The notes below the pieces were generated by a model. The model saw only the letters and a list, made by a program, of their open reading frames with translations. It was not told the DNA's origin and did not search any database. Both the position numbers and the translations under genes were made by a program. From an uncultured Leptospirales bacterium (GTDB lineage Bacteria; Spirochaetota; UBA4802; UBA5550), in contig CAZVFJ010000007.1 of the NCBI GenBank assembly GCA_964625825.1, positions 1 through 35,418 on the forward strand: a DNA stretch of 35,418 nt, written 5' to 3'. Below, one piece after another: positions 1-9,502 of the stretch (its first letter is position 1; each line of letters starts with the position of its first letter).

Positions 1-2
1 GA

Positions 3-392
3 GTTGGGTATGCTAACAGGGGCTTTGAAACGGATAGTACGGACGATTATGCAAAGGCTGAAGTTTATTACAGAAAGTCTCTTGAAAAGAAGCCGGGGTA
101 TGATGATGCCATGTACGGTCTTGGTATTCTGATGTTTTATCACAGGGACGGTAAAGATGAGGGGTTGAGGCTTGTTACGGAACTGGTGATGAAAAATCCT
201 GCCTATTATCCTGCGAGATTTGCAATGGGAAGATTTAATTATGAAAATGGGGATCTTTCAAGGGCTCTTCAGATATACCAGCAGCTTCAGCAGGATCTTG
301 AAAGGCTCCCCCCGTCAGAGATTATAAATGATTACAGGCAAAGTTGTTCTGATAATATAGTGAGAATTACAGCGGAGCTTTCAGTAAGATAA
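3..392 (+). CDS. TPR-repeat protein, C-terminal part (5' end lies outside the window)
   Basis: The frame of the 111..392 ORF stays open back to nt 3 (VGYANRGFETDSTDDYAKAEVYYRKSLEKKPGYDDAMYGLG...). It shows repeated A-x-x-Y-Y-x-x-x-L-x-x-x-P style 34-aa units typical of TPR. Confidence 0.6.
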   Translation, partial: VGYANRGFETDSTDDYAKAEVYYRKSLEKKPGYDDAMYGLGILMFYHRDGKDEGLRLVTELVMKNPAYYPARFAMGRFNYENGDLSRALQIYQQLQQDLERLPPSEIINDYRQSCSDNIVRITAELSVR

Positions 393-396
393 AAAT

Positions 397-1197
397 TTAT
401 CTCCAATCCCACTCTTCATCAGGGAGCGGCCTTTTTACACGTTTATCCTTTGTTTCTTCAAGAAACTTTTCTTTGAGTATTACAATATCTACCCGTCTAT
501 TATATGCACGACCTTCGGGCGTATTGTTATCTTCTATCGGCCGAAATTCTCCGTAGGCTGCTGACGATACCTGCCTTGGTTCAGCGGACTCCTCATCGGT
601 GAGGTGTTGAAGAACAGAAAGGCTCCTTGCAGAAGAGAGATACCAGTTAGTCTTGAAACCCTCCCGGATCATTGTCTGTGACACAGCCCGGTTGTCGGTA
701 TGCCCTTCAATCCTTACGAAGTTTGGTACATTCCGGATTATATTACCCACCTTGGCAAGAACAGGAAACATCTCCTCTCTAAGCGCAGCTGAACCAGGGT
801 CAAAGAAAAAGTCGGATGCAAGGCTTATAATCAGTCCTCTTTCATCCTCCCTGATTGATATATATTTCGCCTGGATTTCAGCTTTAAAAGCCTCCTGAGC
901 TTTGGCGAGTTTTTTACCAAGAGCTTTGTTTTTCTCGCTTGCAGGGAGTGTTGAAAGGTTATGCCCCATCTCAGCCATTTTCCCTTTGGATATAGTTGAA
1001 CCTCCCTCCATTATACCTAGATTGCCCCGAAATGAACTGATTATCATTTTAAAATCATCAGCTGTGGCAATTGTTTCCTCCCCCATCAGTATGATGAAGA
1101 AACACATAAGGAGGTTATTCATGTCCCCCATGGTGACCATCCATGGGGGCGGACCTTGAGGGACATTTTTTTTTCTTTTTTTCTTTTCCTTCGCCAT
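397..1197 (-). CDS. motB: Flagellar motor stator protein MotB (OmpA/MotB peptidoglycan-binding domain)
   Basis: 266-aa ORF with a basic N-terminus and a single TM (NLLMCFFIILM). The C-terminal OmpA-like region reads VRIEGHTDN...TNWYLSSARSLSV...YNRRVDIVI. Its start overlaps the motA stop by 1 nt (TAATG on the minus strand). Confidence 0.85.
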   Translation of the reverse strand: MAKEKKKRKKNVPQGPPPWMVTMGDMNNLLMCFFIILMGEETIATADDFKMIISSFRGNLGIMEGGSTISKGKMAEMGHNLSTLPASEKNKALGKKLAKAQEAFKAEIQAKYISIREDERGLIISLASDFFFDPGSAALREEMFPVLAKVGNIIRNVPNFVRIEGHTDNRAVSQTMIREGFKTNWYLSSARSLSVLQHLTDEESAEPRQVSSAAYGEFRPIEDNNTPEGRAYNRRVDIVILKEKFLEETKDKRVKRPLPDEEWDWR

Positions 1198-1982
1198 TAG
1201 CTTGCTCCGCCCTCTTCTTCAGCTATACCGAGTCTCATGACCGGCGGCAGGAATGAAACGAGTTTCTCTTTCAGAATACGTGGATTTTCACCGGCCTGAA
1301 TTGAAAGTATACCCATAAGAATCATGTTTTTCATGAGTACTTCCTCTCCTGTCAGGGAATCCAGGTTTGCGGCCATTGGTGTAAATACAAGGTATGCCAG
1401 GATAGCACCATAAAATGTTGTAAGAATAGCAACAGCGAGATAGGGACCAACAAGGGATTTATCATTCAGGTTAACGAGCATAAGTACAAGCCCCATAAGT
1501 GTACCAATCATACCGAAGGAAGGTGCAAGAGCGGCAAAATCATCAAAGATCTTTTTGTTGCTGTCATGCCTGTTTGCCATCTCATCAATCTCAATTTCCA
1601 TAATTGCTCTGACAAGCTCGGGGTCAGTACCGTCAACAACAAGCTGAAGTCCTTTTTTAAGGAACGGTTCATCAAGCGCATCGAGGTCATCATCAAGAGA
1701 GAGCAGGCCTTCCCGTCTTGTTTTTTCAGAGAATGAAACCAGAGTTACAATCATTTCAGTAAGGTTAAATTTCGGAGGAAAGATTGTCAGCCTCATAAGG
1801 CCCGGGATCTGAGCAAGCCTGGCGAAGGGATATGCAATCATTAGAGCCGCAGTACCTCCACCTACAGTGACCATTATGGATGGGGCATCCCAGAACATCA
1901 GAATATTCCCGCCGGCAACAATAACTGCCATTATGAGTACCGAAAAACCCGCTACAAGACCGATTATAACAGCTATATTCAT
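1197..1982 (-). CDS. motA: Flagellar motor stator protein MotA (MotA/TolQ/ExbB proton channel family)
   Basis: 261-aa polytopic membrane ORF. The C-terminal half carries the MotA/ExbB-type channel motif (APSFGMIGTLMGLV ... LTTFYGAILAYLVFTPMA). It sits immediately upstream of motB and is coupled to it. Confidence 0.9.
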   Translation of the reverse strand: MNIAVIIGLVAGFSVLIMAVIVAGGNILMFWDAPSIMVTVGGGTAALMIAYPFARLAQIPGLMRLTIFPPKFNLTEMIVTLVSFSEKTRREGLLSLDDDLDALDEPFLKKGLQLVVDGTDPELVRAIMEIEIDEMANRHDSNKKIFDDFAALAPSFGMIGTLMGLVLMLVNLNDKSLVGPYLAVAILTTFYGAILAYLVFTPMAANLDSLTGEEVLMKNMILMGILSIQAGENPRILKEKLVSFLPPVMRLGIAEEEGGAS

Positions 1983-2349
1983 TTTTTAACCTTCAAAATT
2001 TTTATGTGATTACAGAGGAACATATATCATCCTGTTATGACGTCTGATACGGAATTGATAAAATCTGAATATATAAAATTGAAAATTTTAAACAATTAAT
2101 AAAAAGACATAATCCGTTTATAATTAACACTTCTTTTTATATAGTCAAGTTATTTTAAGTGTTTTAAACCTAAATTTAGCAGTGTCAGGCAAATATTTGA
2201 ATTTGAATATGAGGTTGACTATTCTTTTTAAAACTGCTATTATTTAACAGGACTGGACACCTTGTACTTGAATTTTCCTGGTATTGCCGGGCGTAATATC
2301 CCGGGAAATAAAATATAAAGTATACGGCTGCTCATCTGGAGGGAAGCCT

Positions 2350-3369
2350 ATGGATGTATATAATCCGATATTCGGAATAACATGGCCGGGCCCTGGAGTC
2401 ATGGGAATTTCAATTGTTTTATTCATGATTTTTCTGGGTCTGATGGTCTACCTTCTGCTGCTATACCTCAGGATGAAGGAGCGTGACAGACTTCATAATT
2501 ATCAGCTTTTTCTTTTCCAGGTTAAACGTAAGGGATTAAGCAATTTTCAGATAAAGATTTTAAATAATATGGCCTCATACATGAAACTTTCCAATCCAAC
2601 CAATATGGCGTCAAATGCCGTGCTTTTTGAGTCGATGCTTTCAAATTTTGCTGAATATCTCCAAAAAAGCAGGGAAAGCAGTGAGGAGAGGAGGGATATC
2701 TGCCATGACCTCCTTATGATCTACCAGAAACTTTATGAGCAGCGTACATATGGGGCACCTCTTTTATCAATGTCAGAAATTGAAGACGGGCAGATTCTTT
2801 ATTTAGCCACAGAACCGGACAATGCTTATATCGGGAAAGTCTGCGGGAGGGGTAAAAATTTTATAGCTATTCATCTCTTTACTGCGTTGAAAAATTTGAA
2901 AGATTTTGACTCGGAGCAAAAGCTCGCAATTTATATTATAAGGCTTAACGATGCAGAGTATAGAATAAATACAAAGAGTGTCGGAGTTGAGAATAACAAT
3001 CTTCTTGTTGCGCTGTCGGATGATCTGGTCAGGGAAAAGGAATTCAGGCATCCCTATATAAATGTCGTTATTCCCGCGATTATAATCCAGGAGGGGTGGA
3101 GCGAGACGGGGGAGGAGATTCAGTTTGACGGGACAATATATCGTCTGAATGAATTTGAGTGTGAACTCCGCACAGAAACCGAGATGCATTTTGAGAAAGA
3201 TTTTGTCCTCTGTTTTGAAATATCAGATTATTCTTTCAGAGCTGTTTCGAATGTTATATCTTCGAGAAAGGTTGATCATGATAAAGTCTATTATGTTGCA
3301 CTTAAATTTAAAAATATGTCTAAACCGGCAATGGCTGTAATTTCAACTTTTGTGATGGATCATTTATGA
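2350..3369 (+). CDS. Membrane-anchored protein with a tentative YcgR/PilZ-like C-terminal region in which the signature motifs are degenerate
   Basis: I placed the start at ATG 2350, which has a GGAGG at 2338-2342 seven nt upstream; the track ORF begins at TTG 2284. One N-terminal TM is present (GISIVLFMIFLGLMVYLLLLYL). The C-terminal part has R-EKEF-R (nt 3031-3048), then G-T-I-Y-R-L-N-E-F-E-C about 37 residues later. These sit where PilZ has RxxxR and (D/N)xSxxG, but both deviate. Confidence 0.4.
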   Translation: MDVYNPIFGITWPGPGVMGISIVLFMIFLGLMVYLLLLYLRMKERDRLHNYQLFLFQVKRKGLSNFQIKILNNMASYMKLSNPTNMASNAVLFESMLSNFAEYLQKSRESSEERRDICHDLLMIYQKLYEQRTYGAPLLSMSEIEDGQILYLATEPDNAYIGKVCGRGKNFIAIHLFTALKNLKDFDSEQKLAIYIIRLNDAEYRINTKSVGVENNNLLVALSDDLVREKEFRHPYINVVIPAIIIQEGWSETGEEIQFDGTIYRLNEFECELRTETEMHFEKDFVLCFEISDYSFRAVSNVISSRKVDHDKVYYVALKFKNMSKPAMAVISTFVMDHL

Positions 3370-4322
3370 TAGATATAATATCTCTTATAGGCGGATTTCT
3401 TGTTATAATTTTAAGCGCGGGTTGGCTTGTGGATGGCGCATCATCACTGGCAAAAAGGCTCGGTATATCTGATATAGTTATAGGCCTTACGATTGTTGCG
3501 TTTGGAACATCCTCTCCGGAACTCACTGTAAATATTTTTTCCGCAGTCAGCGGGGCAACAGATATAGCCATCGGCAATATTATAGGGAGCAATATTTGCA
3601 ATATTTTGTTAATCCTTGGAGTCTCATCATTAATATATCCCCTCGCTATTAACAATAATACAAAATGGAAAGAGATACCGTTGAGTCTTCTTGCCGCAGT
3701 TGTACTTCTGATTATGACAAATGACATGGTATTAAACAGTGATGCCTCCAGCAATTTTCTCTCAAGAGGTGATGGGCTGGTGCTTCTCTGCTTTATGATG
3801 ATTTTTTTATCCTACACATATATACTTGCATTGAAAGGGGTGGCAGACATAGAAGAACATGTGGAGATACTCTCTGTATGGAAAAGTATACTCCTGGTTT
3901 TTGCAGGGCTTGCGGGCCTTTTCCTTGGAGGGAAGTATCTTGTTGCGGGGGCTGTTGATATTGCCAGAATGATCGGGATAAGTGAAAAGGTGATCGGATT
4001 AACAATAGTTGCGGTGGGAACATCTCTCCCTGAACTGGCAACTTCGGCAGTTGCCGCTTATAAAAAGAAAACGGATATTGCCGTAGGTAATGTAATAGGA
4101 TCAAATATATTTAATATTTTTTTTGTACTTGGGATAACTTCTGTAATCAGGCCACTTCCGTTCAGCAGCACAATTAATATGGATATTGCTGTATGTATTG
4201 CCGCGAGCCTTCTTCTTTTTCTGACCACCATGAGTTTCAAAAGAAGTTCAATAGACAGGGTGGAGGGGATATTTTTTCTTTTTCTATATGTTTCCTATCT
4301 TGTTTATCTGGTTCTGGCATAA
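3366..4322 (+). CDS. Ca2+/Na+ antiporter, CaCA (YrbG-like) family
   Basis: 318-aa polytopic protein with two internal alpha-repeat signatures, GTSSPEL and GTSLPELATS. Each is followed by GN(I/V)IGSNI(C/F)NI. Its ATG overlaps the upstream stop (ATGA at 3366-3369). Confidence 0.9.
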   Translation: MIDIISLIGGFLVIILSAGWLVDGASSLAKRLGISDIVIGLTIVAFGTSSPELTVNIFSAVSGATDIAIGNIIGSNICNILLILGVSSLIYPLAINNNTKWKEIPLSLLAAVVLLIMTNDMVLNSDASSNFLSRGDGLVLLCFMMIFLSYTYILALKGVADIEEHVEILSVWKSILLVFAGLAGLFLGGKYLVAGAVDIARMIGISEKVIGLTIVAVGTSLPELATSAVAAYKKKTDIAVGNVIGSNIFNIFFVLGITSVIRPLPFSSTINMDIAVCIAASLLLFLTTMSFKRSSIDRVEGIFFLFLYVSYLVYLVLA

Positions 4323-4601
4323 AACATGTTAAACTTATTCATCCAGCAGTTATTAATAATTTCTAAGCATATATTTTTTTACCTTAAAAATTAAAAATAA
4401 GAACTTTTCAAAGATATAAATATTAAAAAGTTTTTATTAGTGTAAAATTCGGGTAACATGACTTGATTATTCCATACTATTATATTTAATATATATAGAA
4501 GAAGGTGAGTCAGAGGATTTTGTGATTTGCTGGATTGATAGAAGATAGTTCAACTCATTTAAAATCTTTCTGACTTGTATAAAAGTTTAAGGGAGGATGT
4601 T

Positions 4602-4934
4602 ATGAGCTACTGGTCAGAAGTAAAAGAGGTAGTACTTAAAGGTGTAGATCTTGCAATTGCCAATCTTAAAGAAACAACGGAGCTTGCCATTGGGAAGGGT
4701 AAAGAGGGAGTCACATATGTGCAGATGAAAAAAGATCTTTTTAAGGCACACAGAGAACTTCAGAATTTTCTTTCTGATTTTGGCGATATGGTAAATGAGA
4801 TTTATAAAGTCAAAGGTGATATATATTCCGATGACAAAGTAAAAGAGGCAGCTGAAAAAGTTGCTGCTGCTGAAGCAAAATGCAAAGATATTGAGAACAG
4901 AAAAAGCGAGAATTCCAAAAGAGCTGCCTCGTGA
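4602..4934 (+). CDS. Hypothetical small coiled-coil protein
   Basis: ATG 4602 is preceded by GGGAGG (4591-4596). The track ORF starts at an upstream TTG 4575 that lacks an SD. The protein is 110 aa, charged and helical, with no motif I recognise. It ends 15 nt upstream of the next gene. Confidence 0.5.
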   Translation: MSYWSEVKEVVLKGVDLAIANLKETTELAIGKGKEGVTYVQMKKDLFKAHRELQNFLSDFGDMVNEIYKVKGDIYSDDKVKEAAEKVAAAEAKCKDIENRKSENSKRAAS

Positions 4935-4949
4935 TTTCTCTTTATTCGG

Positions 4950-5756
4950 ATGGAAAAAATCCGGCATTTTGTTTCAGGCATATTGTTGTTTTTTATCACC
5001 GGGTGTTATGGTTTTGTCAATTCCCTGTCGTTTTTCCCTGACACCACAAACCTGCCGGGGAGCGACAGGTTCCCTGCGTATATCTCTGAAAAATATCTTG
5101 TTACTCCAGACAGAATAAAGCTTCAGATTCTTCATTTTCATCATGAAAAGGGTGGTGAAAAAATTGTTATATATTTTCACGGTAATGCCGGGAATCTCTA
5201 CAGCCGCATCAGTGAGGGGGAGAGAATATTCAGAATGGGTCACGATGTTATTATATCCGGGTATAGAGGATACGGCAGGAGTACAGGTAAACCTACTGAA
5301 GAGGGAGTTTATATTGACGGTATGACCGTGTGCGATTATGTCAGCGGAGTTCTTGGTTATCCTGTTGGAAGGATATTTATATACGGGAGATCGATCGGGA
5401 CTACGGTTGCTGTTAATTCATCAATGGATAAAGATTACGGAGGGGTGATTCTTGTAACACCATTTACATCAGCAGAAGATTTTATAAAGGAAAAGTATCC
5501 GGATGTATTCTCCGGTATAGGATCAGGTCATTTTGAGTCTGATAAAAAGATAAATCGTTTAAAGGCACCGCTCCTTGTGATTCATGGAACGGCTGATGAG
5601 ATTATTCCGTATAAACTGGGGGTGAAGCTTTATAATTTATATATAGGGAGGAAGGATCTGCTGACAATAAATGGCGGAATGCATAATAATCTGGAGATTA
5701 CAGATCCTGAATGTTTCTGGGGAGGCTTTGAAAAGTTTATTGCAGAGGGCATCTGA
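4950..5756 (+). CDS. Alpha/beta-fold hydrolase, probable lipoprotein
   Basis: The N-terminus has a lipobox-like signal (LLFFITGC). Nucleophile elbow G-R-S-I-G is present, and downstream GTADEI and GGMHNN supply the Asp and His of a Ser-Asp-His triad. HGNAGN sits near the oxyanion region. Confidence 0.8.
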   Translation: MEKIRHFVSGILLFFITGCYGFVNSLSFFPDTTNLPGSDRFPAYISEKYLVTPDRIKLQILHFHHEKGGEKIVIYFHGNAGNLYSRISEGERIFRMGHDVIISGYRGYGRSTGKPTEEGVYIDGMTVCDYVSGVLGYPVGRIFIYGRSIGTTVAVNSSMDKDYGGVILVTPFTSAEDFIKEKYPDVFSGIGSGHFESDKKINRLKAPLLVIHGTADEIIPYKLGVKLYNLYIGRKDLLTINGGMHNNLEITDPECFWGGFEKFIAEGI

Positions 5757-5936
5757 ATTGAACTCTTGCGGGATCTCCGTCAATGTCTCCGGCGGTTTCA
5801 TAGCCTGCAAATCTTACCACATTTCCACCGGGAGTAATAGAGCATTTTTTACCGGAAATAACTTAAGGAATAAATACTGAAAATTGTCAGTTAAAACAGG
5901 GGAAAAGAAACAGGAATCAGTATTTCTCTGCCAGAC

Positions 5937-5966
5937 TTGCAAAAAAATATAAAGAGTGCCTATATT
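5937..5966 (+). promoter_or_regulatory. Possible sigma70-type promoter for the PAS-GGDEF gene
   Basis: TTGCAA (5937-5942), an 18-nt spacer, then TATATT (5961-5966), about 27 nt upstream of ATG 5993. Confidence 0.3.
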
Positions 5967-5992
5967 TTATTATATTAGGTTAAGGTATATCT

Positions 5993-6889
5993 ATGAAAAT
6001 AGATGATGTTATTTACAGAGAGTTACTCGACGGGGCGAGTGATCCGATCTTTAGCTTTTTCAGAGACGGTAGATACCGTTATGTGAACAGGGCGTTTGCT
6101 GAAAGTGTGGGGAAATGCATGGAGGATATAATAGGAAAAAGCGTCTGGGACCTTTTTTCTATAGATGAGGCTAACAGGAGTTATGCTGCTGTAAAATATG
6201 TTTTTGAAACAGGGAATGAAAAATCGATAGAAGTCAGGACGAAAATAAACGATAAAATAATCTATTATCTCACTACTGTAAAACCACTCTTTGATGAAAC
6301 GGGGAATGTCACCGTTGCAATATGTATATCTAAAAATATTACCGAACTGAAACATGCCGAGGAAATGCTGCGTTATTATGCCACAACTGATGAATTTACC
6401 GGATTTGTAAACAGGAGAACCGGACTTGCAATCCTTGAGAAGATACATGAATTCTCATTGAGGCATAGTAAACCTTTCACTATCTGTTATGTGGATATAA
6501 ATGATCTGAAAATAGTAAATGACACATATGGGCACGCCGAGGGGGATGAACTAATATCTACAGCGTGTGAAGCCATGAAAGAATCGATAAGGCAGATGGA
6601 TACTCTCTGTAGAATGGGGGGTGATGAGTTTCTGATTCTTTTTCCTGAGTGTGATCTTGCCGATGCTGAACAGGTATGGGACAGAATTATGGAAAGGCTT
6701 GATGATTATAACTCACATAGCTTAAAACCTTACAGGGTAAGCATGAGCCACGGAATTCTACAATACTCACCTTCGTCAAGAGATACAATTGAGTCTCTTC
6801 TCAGTAGAGTTGATGCCCTGATGTACAGAGAGAAGAGAGATTATAAAAAGAGAAGAGAGGGTGGTGAGTTAAAAGAAGAGTTCGATTGA
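5993..6889 (+). CDS. PAS-domain diguanylate cyclase (GGDEF) with an intact I-site
   Basis: The N-terminus looks like a PAS fold (...PIFSFFRDGRYRYVNRAF...). The C-terminal GGDEF domain shows DEFTGFVNRR and the active-site motif RMGGDEFLILF. An RQMD (RxxD) lies five residues upstream of GGDEF. Confidence 0.9.
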   Translation: MKIDDVIYRELLDGASDPIFSFFRDGRYRYVNRAFAESVGKCMEDIIGKSVWDLFSIDEANRSYAAVKYVFETGNEKSIEVRTKINDKIIYYLTTVKPLFDETGNVTVAICISKNITELKHAEEMLRYYATTDEFTGFVNRRTGLAILEKIHEFSLRHSKPFTICYVDINDLKIVNDTYGHAEGDELISTACEAMKESIRQMDTLCRMGGDEFLILFPECDLADAEQVWDRIMERLDDYNSHSLKPYRVSMSHGILQYSPSSRDTIESLLSRVDALMYREKRDYKKRREGGELKEEFD

Positions 6890-6920
6890 ATAATGAAATC
6901 AGCCATTCCGGCTGCGGGCA

Positions 6921-6946
6921 TCTCCCCCCCCCCTGATTGGGGGAGA
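6921..6946. terminator. Hairpin between convergent genes that contains a C10 homopolymer
   Basis: TCTCCCCC(cc)...ctgatt...GGGGGAGA lies in the 71-bp gap between the GGDEF gene and icd. The C run spans 6924-6933. Neither strand has a clear U-tract. Confidence 0.35.
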
Positions 6947-6960
6947 AAGACTGCCTGGTA

Positions 6961-8172
6961 TTACATCATTTTACTCAGTCTTTTGTCAATCTCCCTGAGG
7001 AAATCTTCTGTATTTACAGTAATAATATCCTTATCTTTACAGAGAAGCGCCAGGTCTTTTGTCATTATCCCTTCTTCAATTGTCTGAATTGAAGCTTTTT
7101 CGAGTCTATCTGCAAATTTAACAAGATCCGGGAGGCCATCCAGTTCTCCCCGTTTACGCAGGGCTCCGCTCCATGCAAAAATTGTTGCCATTGAATTTGT
7201 GGATGTCTCCTCACCTTTAAGGTGTTTGTAGTAATGCCTCTGGACAGTACCGTGGGCAGCCTCATATTCATAGTAACCTTCCGGAGAGACAAGAACAGAT
7301 GTCATCATAGCAAGGCTTCCGAAAATTGTTGCAACCATGTCTGACATCACGTCACCGTCATAATTTTTACATGCCCAGATAAATCCACCCTCCGAACGTA
7401 CAACACGCGCCACGGCGTCATCAATAAGGGTATAGAAATATTCTATTTTTTCTGATTCAAATTGTTCCTTATACTCTTTTTCATAAATCTCCTCAAAGAT
7501 ATCCTTGAATGTGTGGTCATATTGCTTGGAAATTGTATCTTTTGTCGCGAACCAGATATCCTGTTTTACATCAAGGGCATAATTGAAACATGACCTCGCA
7601 AAGCTTTTGATTGAAAGGTCAATATTGTGCATCCCCTGGATCACTCCTGCTCCTTCAAAATCATAAATTGTCTGTCGCGTAACTTTGCCGCTTTCAGAAG
7701 TGAATACGAGCTCAGCTTTCCCTTTTCCCGGAACCCTGTATTCAACATTTCTGTAAACATCGCCATATGCATGTCTTGCTATGGTGATCGGTTTTTTCCA
7801 CGCTGGTATTGATGGAGTGATCCTGCTGACTGTAATTGGAGATCTGAACACTGTACCGTCAAGGATAGCCCTGATTGTACCGTTGGGGCTCTTCCACATC
7901 TGCTTTAGGTTGTACTCCTTTACTCTCGCGGCATTGGCTGTTATTGTGGCGCACTTAACAGCAACACCATATTTTTTTGTAGCTAGAGCAGAATCGATTG
8001 TTACCTGGTCATCGGTTTTATCCCTGAATTCAAGTCCAAGGTCGTAGTAATCTGTTTTAAGTTCGATATATGGGTCAAGGAGAATATCCTTGATAAGTTT
8101 CCATATAATCCTTGTCATCTCGTCGCCATCCATCTCAACGAGTGGGGTTGTCATTTTTATCTTTCCTGACAT
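6961..8172 (-). CDS. icd: NADP-dependent isocitrate dehydrogenase (about 400-aa eukaryotic-like subfamily)
   Basis: 403 aa. Long collinear stretches resemble IDH1/IDH2-type enzymes ([51 protein letters not shown]-like GTVQRHY). Confidence 0.95.
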   Translation of the reverse strand: MSGKIKMTTPLVEMDGDEMTRIIWKLIKDILLDPYIELKTDYYDLGLEFRDKTDDQVTIDSALATKKYGVAVKCATITANAARVKEYNLKQMWKSPNGTIRAILDGTVFRSPITVSRITPSIPAWKKPITIARHAYGDVYRNVEYRVPGKGKAELVFTSESGKVTRQTIYDFEGAGVIQGMHNIDLSIKSFARSCFNYALDVKQDIWFATKDTISKQYDHTFKDIFEEIYEKEYKEQFESEKIEYFYTLIDDAVARVVRSEGGFIWACKNYDGDVMSDMVATIFGSLAMMTSVLVSPEGYYEYEAAHGTVQRHYYKHLKGEETSTNSMATIFAWSGALRKRGELDGLPDLVKFADRLEKASIQTIEEGIMTKDLALLCKDKDIITVNTEDFLREIDKRLSKMM

Positions 8173-8403
8173 TAAAATTTTCTCCTTATTTTTAGATAAA
8201 ATTATGAATCCATTTATAACAGTCGAAAGTATTTTTTTGTAGATAATAAATTCTTGTAAATACTAAAATGGCATCCTTCTCTGTTTTTTATGTATTAATC
8301 GGGGTGAATATTAAAACAGACAGAATTATATATGTTTCGGTAATAGCGGTGAGCATTGGCGGAGAATCAGCCTGTTCTCCCTGTTATTTTATGGGAGTGA
8401 TTT

Positions 8404-8874
8404 ATGATTGAATTTAAAATTCCGGGAATAAAGACAATTCAGGCAGAACATCTTGTACTCGATTACAACGGGACGGTTGCCGTAGACGGGAGGCTTCTCC
8501 CTGCAATAAGTGATAAGCTTAACGTGATTTCGGACAGGATTGAAGTTCATGTAATAACTGCCGATACCTTCGGAGAGGCAGCAGCAGAATTGCAGGGAGT
8601 AAAATGTACTCTTGATATTATTAAAAATGGTGATCAGCAAAAGCAGAAATCTGATTTTATAGCCTCTCTCGGGGCTGATAAGGTAATAGCAATCGGTAAC
8701 GGCTTTAATGATCTGCTGATGTTGAAAGACGCTGCTCTTGGTATTGCTGTGGTTCAGGAGGAGGGGGCTTCGGCAAAAACTATTTTTGCGGCAGATATTG
8801 TTGTTGTCTCAATTACCGACGCGCTGGATCTGCTCCTTAATCCACTGAGGATTGCAGCTACCCTGCGGGGGTAA
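8404..8874 (+). CDS. HAD-superfamily protein resembling a soluble P-type-ATPase domain (COG4087-like)
   Basis: 156 aa. Motif I is LDYNGT, which is DxxGT-type as in the P-type ATPase DKTGT. The C-terminal motif GNGFND matches the GDGxND pattern. SD GGGAG lies upstream. Confidence 0.7.
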   Translation: MIEFKIPGIKTIQAEHLVLDYNGTVAVDGRLLPAISDKLNVISDRIEVHVITADTFGEAAAELQGVKCTLDIIKNGDQQKQKSDFIASLGADKVIAIGNGFNDLLMLKDAALGIAVVQEEGASAKTIFAADIVVVSITDALDLLLNPLRIAATLRG

Positions 8875-8954
8875 GCCGGCTTTATGGGCCGGCACATGAT
8901 TATTGCCTCTGCATTATAATAATCTTATATTTAAAACAAAAACCGGAGGTCGGG

Positions 8955-9437
8955 ATGGATATAAAATCAATTGAAATTGAAAAACCTGAGGATATGAATT
9001 TTATTCTCGGTCACAGCCACTTTATAAAAACAGTTGAAGACTTATATGAAGCAGTTGTTCAGAGTGTTCCGGGTGTAAAATTCGGAATTGCCTTTTGTGA
9101 AGCATCACAGGACCGGCTCGTTAGATGGGCGGGAAATGATGAGAAATTAATTGACCTTGCAAAGAAAAATGCGATGAATATTGGAGCCGGCCATTCCTTT
9201 ATAATTTTTATGGATGGAGCTTTTCCACTGAACATGCTCAATGCTGTTAAAATGGTGCCCGAAGTCTGCCGTGTGTTTTGTGCAACGGCAAATCCGGTGC
9301 AGGTCCTTGTTGCGGAAACAGAACTGGGAAAGGGAATACTGGGTGTTGTAGATGGGCTGAAGCCTCTTGCAATTGAAACTGATAAAGATATAAGCTGTCG
9401 AAAGGAATTCTTAAGAAAAATCGGATATAAATTATAA
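8955..9437 (+). CDS. Adenosine-specific-kinase-like protein (Pfam Adenosine_kin family, recalled from memory)
   Basis: 160 aa. [40 protein letters not shown] and CATANPVQV match my recollection of this small, mostly archaeal/anaerobe family. SD GGAGG lies upstream. Confidence 0.65.
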   Translation: MDIKSIEIEKPEDMNFILGHSHFIKTVEDLYEAVVQSVPGVKFGIAFCEASQDRLVRWAGNDEKLIDLAKKNAMNIGAGHSFIIFMDGAFPLNMLNAVKMVPEVCRVFCATANPVQVLVAETELGKGILGVVDGLKPLAIETDKDISCRKEFLRKIGYKL

Positions 9438-9450
9438 GGTTAAGCCGGAT

Positions 9451-9502
9451 ATAGAAACAGAAATTTGTTTCTATAAAATAGAGTGAGCTTGTTTAAGCTC
9501 AC
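9451..9502. terminator. Two hairpins between convergent genes; the second probably terminates the minus-strand reductase gene
   Basis: Hairpin 1 is ATAGAAACA/TGTTTCTAT (9451-9474). Hairpin 2 is GTGAGCTT-gttt-AAGCTCAC (9483-9502). Hairpin 2 overlaps the reductase stop codon and, on the minus strand, is followed by TCTATTTTAT. Confidence 0.45.

Noticed and set aside
5671-5992. 69-aa ORF 5671-5880 and the 236-bp gap after the hydrolase gene, considered as a possible gene or gene remnant
   Set aside because: The ORF overlaps the 3' end of the hydrolase gene out of frame and has no SD. The minus-strand frames in the gap are interrupted and lack start codons. I treat the region as a spacer and promoter region for the GGDEF gene.
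8875-8954. GCCGGC-tttatgg-GCCGGC hairpin after the HAD gene, considered as a terminator
   Set aside because: The stem is only 6 bp and no U-tract follows. The next gene starts 60 nt later on the same strand, so read-through or an operon is equally likely.
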